The notes under the pieces are model-generated. The model worked only from the letters and a program-made list of their open reading frames with translations. It was not told where the DNA came from and searched no databases. 27,602 nucleotides of DNA, taken from a virus. Lineage: Duplodnaviria > Caudoviricetes. The stretch is from positions 1 to 27,602 of IMG/VR virus record IMGVR_UViG_3300046786_000428. One strand, written 5' to 3'. The position numbers and the translations under genes were made by a program. Shown here piece by piece: positions 25,005-27,602 of this stretch. The first letter of the stretch is position 1, and the number at the start of each line of letters is the position of its first letter.

Positions 25005-25616
25005 TCACGGCTGGAGAAAAAGGCTTTTAATTTCGCGAGCAGCCAAAATGACTCGCTCTCCAAAAAGCAAGTATGCCGCGAAAAGATAAAGCATCCCAGC
25101 CAATACCTTGTTTGCGCTCGCCCATTTCAGATGTTTTTCCATCGTTGTCTCTTTTGGTGTCAAAAGAGTCTTGGAAATCATTGTTTTGAGGGCTGAAATT
25201 TCACCCACAAGGTATTCATTGCCACGATTAAGTGGTGACACCGTGACAAGATAGCACTTGATTTCGCCTTGCGTGGGCCAGCGAAGGACATGGATCATAA
25301 CATGGATGGCCTCGCCGCTTTTGGAGCGATATTGCTTGTGCAGGTAGTATTCGTTTCTATCGCCAACCACCACGCCGCGAAGCAACTCTTGATCGTGGGC
25401 AAGGTCTTCGGTTTCCACCGTCAGCTCGGTCCATTTCTTCCCCTTAGTTTGGCCGTGGCCCACAAGCTCAACCGCAGACCAACCCAGCAGCCTTTCAAAA
25501 GACTGGTTAACCCAAAGAATCCCACCATCCTCGGTCGATACAAGCATGGGGCATGAAGTGGAGTTCACCCAATGAACAACCGCGTCTGATTGGTTTTTAA
25601 TCCAAGTGTGGGGCAT
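25005..25616 (-). CDS. PAS-domain protein with C-terminal transmembrane helix
   Basis: PMLVSTEDGGILWVNQSFERLLGWSAVELVG..WTELT...EDL..D..YYLHKQYRSKSGEAIHV (PAS core + PAC), then helix and VLAGMLYLFAAYLLFG TM. Confidence 0.85.
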   Translation of the reverse strand: MPHTWIKNQSDAVVHWVNSTSCPMLVSTEDGGILWVNQSFERLLGWSAVELVGHGQTKGKKWTELTVETEDLAHDQELLRGVVVGDRNEYYLHKQYRSKSGEAIHVMIHVLRWPTQGEIKCYLVTVSPLNRGNEYLVGEISALKTMISKTLLTPKETTMEKHLKWASANKVLAGMLYLFAAYLLFGERVILAAREIKSLFLQP

Positions 25617-25649
25617 TATTACTTCGTTTTGATTTAGGTTGGCGTTGCG

Positions 25650-25877
25650 TCACACCACCACCCTCCTCCCCAGCTTCTTAGGCTCAACCTTGGTGTGCAG
25701 ATTTGTCTCCATGACGATCATTCCAGCCTCGGTCTTGTAAAAGTCAACGACGTATTTGCAGGCGATGCCTTGGTCGAGATTGCGCCGGATCAAACGTGAC
25801 GCCCTTTCAGGTTCAAACACGGATTCGTGAAGTCCTTCGATGATGGCGTCTTCTAGGGTTTGTTCTTCGTAGGTCAT
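25650..25877 (-). CDS. hypothetical protein
   Basis: 75-aa ORF, ATGA-coupled in the minus-strand operon. Confidence 0.7.
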   Translation of the reverse strand: MTYEEQTLEDAIIEGLHESVFEPERASRLIRRNLDQGIACKYVVDFYKTEAGMIVMETNLHTKVEPKKLGRRVVV

Positions 25878-26092
25878 ATCTTCTTCGGTATCCCCTGACC
25901 AAACACCATCTTCGGCTTGCTGACAACCACTTTTGGAGCCTCAATTTTAGGCTGCGGGATGTTGTAGGGCACGCGGTTCTTTGCGGACCAAGCATGAAAG
26001 ACCGTTGGCAGCATTGCATCACCCGTGCAGAGGCAGGAATTGTTCCACAAGGAACGTCCGGCATTGTGGCAGGTGGGGCAGAGGTCAGGCAT
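25874..26092 (-). CDS. hypothetical protein with CxxC..CxC
   Basis: MPDLCPTCHNAG..SCLC; ATG at 26092 overlaps the upstream TGA. Confidence 0.6.
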   Translation of the reverse strand: MPDLCPTCHNAGRSLWNNSCLCTGDAMLPTVFHAWSAKNRVPYNIPQPKIEAPKVVVSKPKMVFGQGIPKKI

Positions 26093-26265
26093 CACTTCCA
26101 CTCATGGTTACAAAACGGGCAATGCCAGCTCCAATGACGGTCGTTTCGGATTTCGCCAATCACCTTCGAGAAGTGCGTGGCGTTGCCGAACAGGTGCCGT
26201 GACTTTTCCGGTATCTCTTTGCCGGTTAGATCGGCTTTGCGCTTGGGGCAGGAGTAGGGTGTCAT
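26092..26265 (-). CDS. small zinc-ribbon-like protein
   Basis: MTPYSCPKR..WSWHCPFCNHEW; start at ATG 26265 chosen. Confidence 0.6.
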   Translation of the reverse strand: MTPYSCPKRKADLTGKEIPEKSRHLFGNATHFSKVIGEIRNDRHWSWHCPFCNHEWK

Positions 26266-26281
26266 ATCCTCAACCTTACGC

Positions 26282-26473
26282 TTATTCGGAGGGGTGGTCA
26301 AGGGGTGTTGTATTCACCAACTTTGGCAAGTCTTGCCTTTTACCAACCTCAGGCACCTCGCAATTACGCATGGCCAAAATCTCGGCGGCGGAGATTCGCA
26401 GGTTGGCGTTAGTGGATTGGAGTAGTTGCCGGAGGGCGGCATCGCTCATTGTGGAGAGGGAGAAGTGTTTCAT
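26282..26473 (-). CDS. hypothetical protein
   Basis: 63-aa ORF starting 8 nt after the upstream stop. Confidence 0.55.
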   Translation of the reverse strand: MKHFSLSTMSDAALRQLLQSTNANLRISAAEILAMRNCEVPEVGKRQDLPKLVNTTPLDHPSE

Positions 26474-26480
26474 GTTTTAA

Positions 26481-26951
26481 TCAGTAATTTTTAGTGTCAA
26501 AAAGCTCTAGTTCTGACGGAGGCTGAGCTACCCATTTTCTTTTTCCTTTCTTTGTATGAGAATTAAGGCCCATTCGATCACGTCTTTCTTTCCATGTTTC
26601 AGACGATTTAATTAGCTGTAGAGCTTCCAAAAAATCACTCTCGTTTTTATTCCGAACGTGCAAAACAATAATACCGCTGCGCCTAAGATTGTATTCGTCT
26701 CGGTATGAATCGTATGCGGCAACGTGCTCAGGCCCATCAGATTCAACTGCGATGCCAAGTTCGTGACACCAAAAGTCAAAAATGCGAAAGCCCCAAGTGC
26801 ATTGACGGCTCCATTTATAACCAGTAGTTGCCAGTTTGGCCATAAGCCAGTTCTCATTTGGGTTGTGTTTTGCTTTTGCGATGTTTTTAGCCTTCATTTC
26901 ACGCATGTAAGCCGATTTTAACGCGTCGTTCTGAGCGCGTAGTGGCTTCAT
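26481..26951 (-). CDS. DUF559/Vsr-like PD-(D/E)xK endonuclease
   Basis: NPNENWL..WSRQ..GFRIFDFWCHELGIAVESDGPEH..YDSYRDEY..GIIVLHVRN; start probably ATG 26951 (alternative 26996); AT-richer. Confidence 0.85.
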   Translation of the reverse strand: MKPLRAQNDALKSAYMREMKAKNIAKAKHNPNENWLMAKLATTGYKWSRQCTWGFRIFDFWCHELGIAVESDGPEHVAAYDSYRDEYNLRRSGIIVLHVRNKNESDFLEALQLIKSSETWKERRDRMGLNSHTKKGKRKWVAQPPSELELFDTKNY

Positions 26952-27034
26952 GTATCGTGGTGTCAGGTTGTGTGGATCGTGGTAGCAGACTGGCATAGTT
27001 ACAACTTTCAACGGATTGCGAGTTAGGAAACGGG

Positions 27035-27467
27035 CACAGCTCGCCCCTTGCGGGGCGAAAAGCATTAAGTCTTTCAACTGGAAGCTGAGAAGTCCGAACA
27101 CTGCCTACCGTGCTAACGTGGGCTGGAGGCTCAATCCCTCCTCAATCCAGAGGAGCCACAACACTTCGGCGCTCGCGCAAACCTTTTACCATGCTGGGAC
27201 ATGGTATCCGCAGCGGGCATTTCATCGCTCTGCGGTAGCCGGGTCTTTAAATGGCGTCTTTTCCGCTTTCACAGAAGTCCACCACATCAAGCGTTTTGCT
27301 ATCGCCGCCATCCACCTTACATTGTTCCCTGCTCGGGATTTATGGGGATTAGATAGCTTCTGTCAGGCGCAATAGCGTTACCCGAAACGCAAAAGGCCGA
27401 CTGATTGCAGCAGTCGGCCTAAGCGGGTTCTCCCGGTTGGTCGGATCACTCCTGCAATGAGAGAACC
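27035..27467 (-). ncRNA. candidate ~430-nt structured RNA / attenuated leader
   Basis: many hairpins on the minus strand, including two GNRA-capped ones (TTCTGT-GAAA-GCGGAA; TCGCCCC-GCAA-GGGGCGA), TACCATG/CATGGTA, CTCCTC/GAGGAG and CCGCAG..CTGCGG; lies directly behind a promoter. Confidence 0.5.
27390..27420 (-). terminator. terminator-like hairpin in the leader (attenuator)
   Basis: minus strand AGGCCGACTG-CTGCAAT-CAGTCGGCCT-TTTG: perfect 10-bp stem plus short U-tract about 60-90 nt after the promoter. Confidence 0.65.
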
Positions 27468-27484
27468 TATTTGAATTCGCCCCA

Positions 27485-27513
27485 ACATTAACAACTTGCC
27501 CTCACCCGCGCAA
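27485..27513 (-). promoter_or_regulatory. leftward sigma70-like promoter
   Basis: minus strand TTGCGC(27513-27508)-17 nt-TAATGT(27490-27485). Confidence 0.6.
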
Positions 27514-27523
27514 GTGATATTCT
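27496..27523 (+). promoter_or_regulatory. rightward promoter (extended -10), near-leaderless
   Basis: TTGCCC(27496-27501)-16 nt ending in TGA-TATTCT(27518-27523); ATG 27532. Confidence 0.6.
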
Positions 27524-27531
27524 CCGAAATT

Positions 27532-27602
27532 ATGGCATCCGACCTCTACCTCTGTCGAAAAAACGGGCGTTTCTTCAAATACGACGCCGTTGAAGCTGTG
27601 TC
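27532..27602 (+). CDS. 5' fragment of a gene running off the window
   Basis: MASDLYLCRKNGRFFKYDAVEAV.. open to the window end, behind a promoter. Confidence 0.5.
   Translation, partial: MASDLYLCRKNGRFFKYDAVEAV

Noticed and set aside
27016-27375. 119-aa plus-strand ORF and the TTG/GTG extension of DUF559 to 27101
   Set aside because: Non-ATG starts, no protein-like features, and overlap with strong hairpins; better explained as non-coding.
27035-27390. Group I intron carrying the DUF559 nuclease
   Set aside because: A GAAAGACT stretch loosely recalls the R element, but no matching S element/P7 partner or interrupted host gene could be found by eye.

Overview
A 27.6-kb piece of a tailed dsDNA phage (or prophage) genome. 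Most start codons have no Shine-Dalgarno site and many genes have their own sigma70-like promoter with a very short or absent leader. A lipoprotein/spanin-like pair points to a diderm host; the host phylum cannot be fixed from sequence alone. From left to right: (1) a G-rich then C-rich non-coding site. (2) An accessory region (0.2-7.4 kb) with a DNA N4/N6-methyltransferase whose 3' end was replaced by an invading HNH homing endonuclease, with the original 3' end still present downstream. This region also has five proteins sharing a G-x-R-F-G-x-L..W-x-C-x-C-x-C-G..SCG zinc module (one intact nuclease, one degenerate, three stand-alone minis), a repeated AATAACTTATCCATTT box at promoters, DUF3310, a replication-initiator-like protein, a second HNH, two paralogous coiled-coil/HTH proteins and a Dps-like ferritin. 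(3) A SAM-methyltransferase plus glycosyltransferase cluster and an Acb2/Tad1-like candidate sponge. (4) A head module (portal, scaffold, major capsid with a structured ~200-nt leader). (5) A 1607-aa modular tail fibre/spike. (6) A lysis cassette with an amidase endolysin. (7) A convergent minus-strand operon ending in a membrane-anchored PAS-domain protein. It is headed by overlapping divergent promoters, a loop-loop-complementary attenuator-like element and a ~430-nt structured RNA candidate in front of a DUF559-type nuclease. All product calls rest on motif recognition and gene context; no database search was run.
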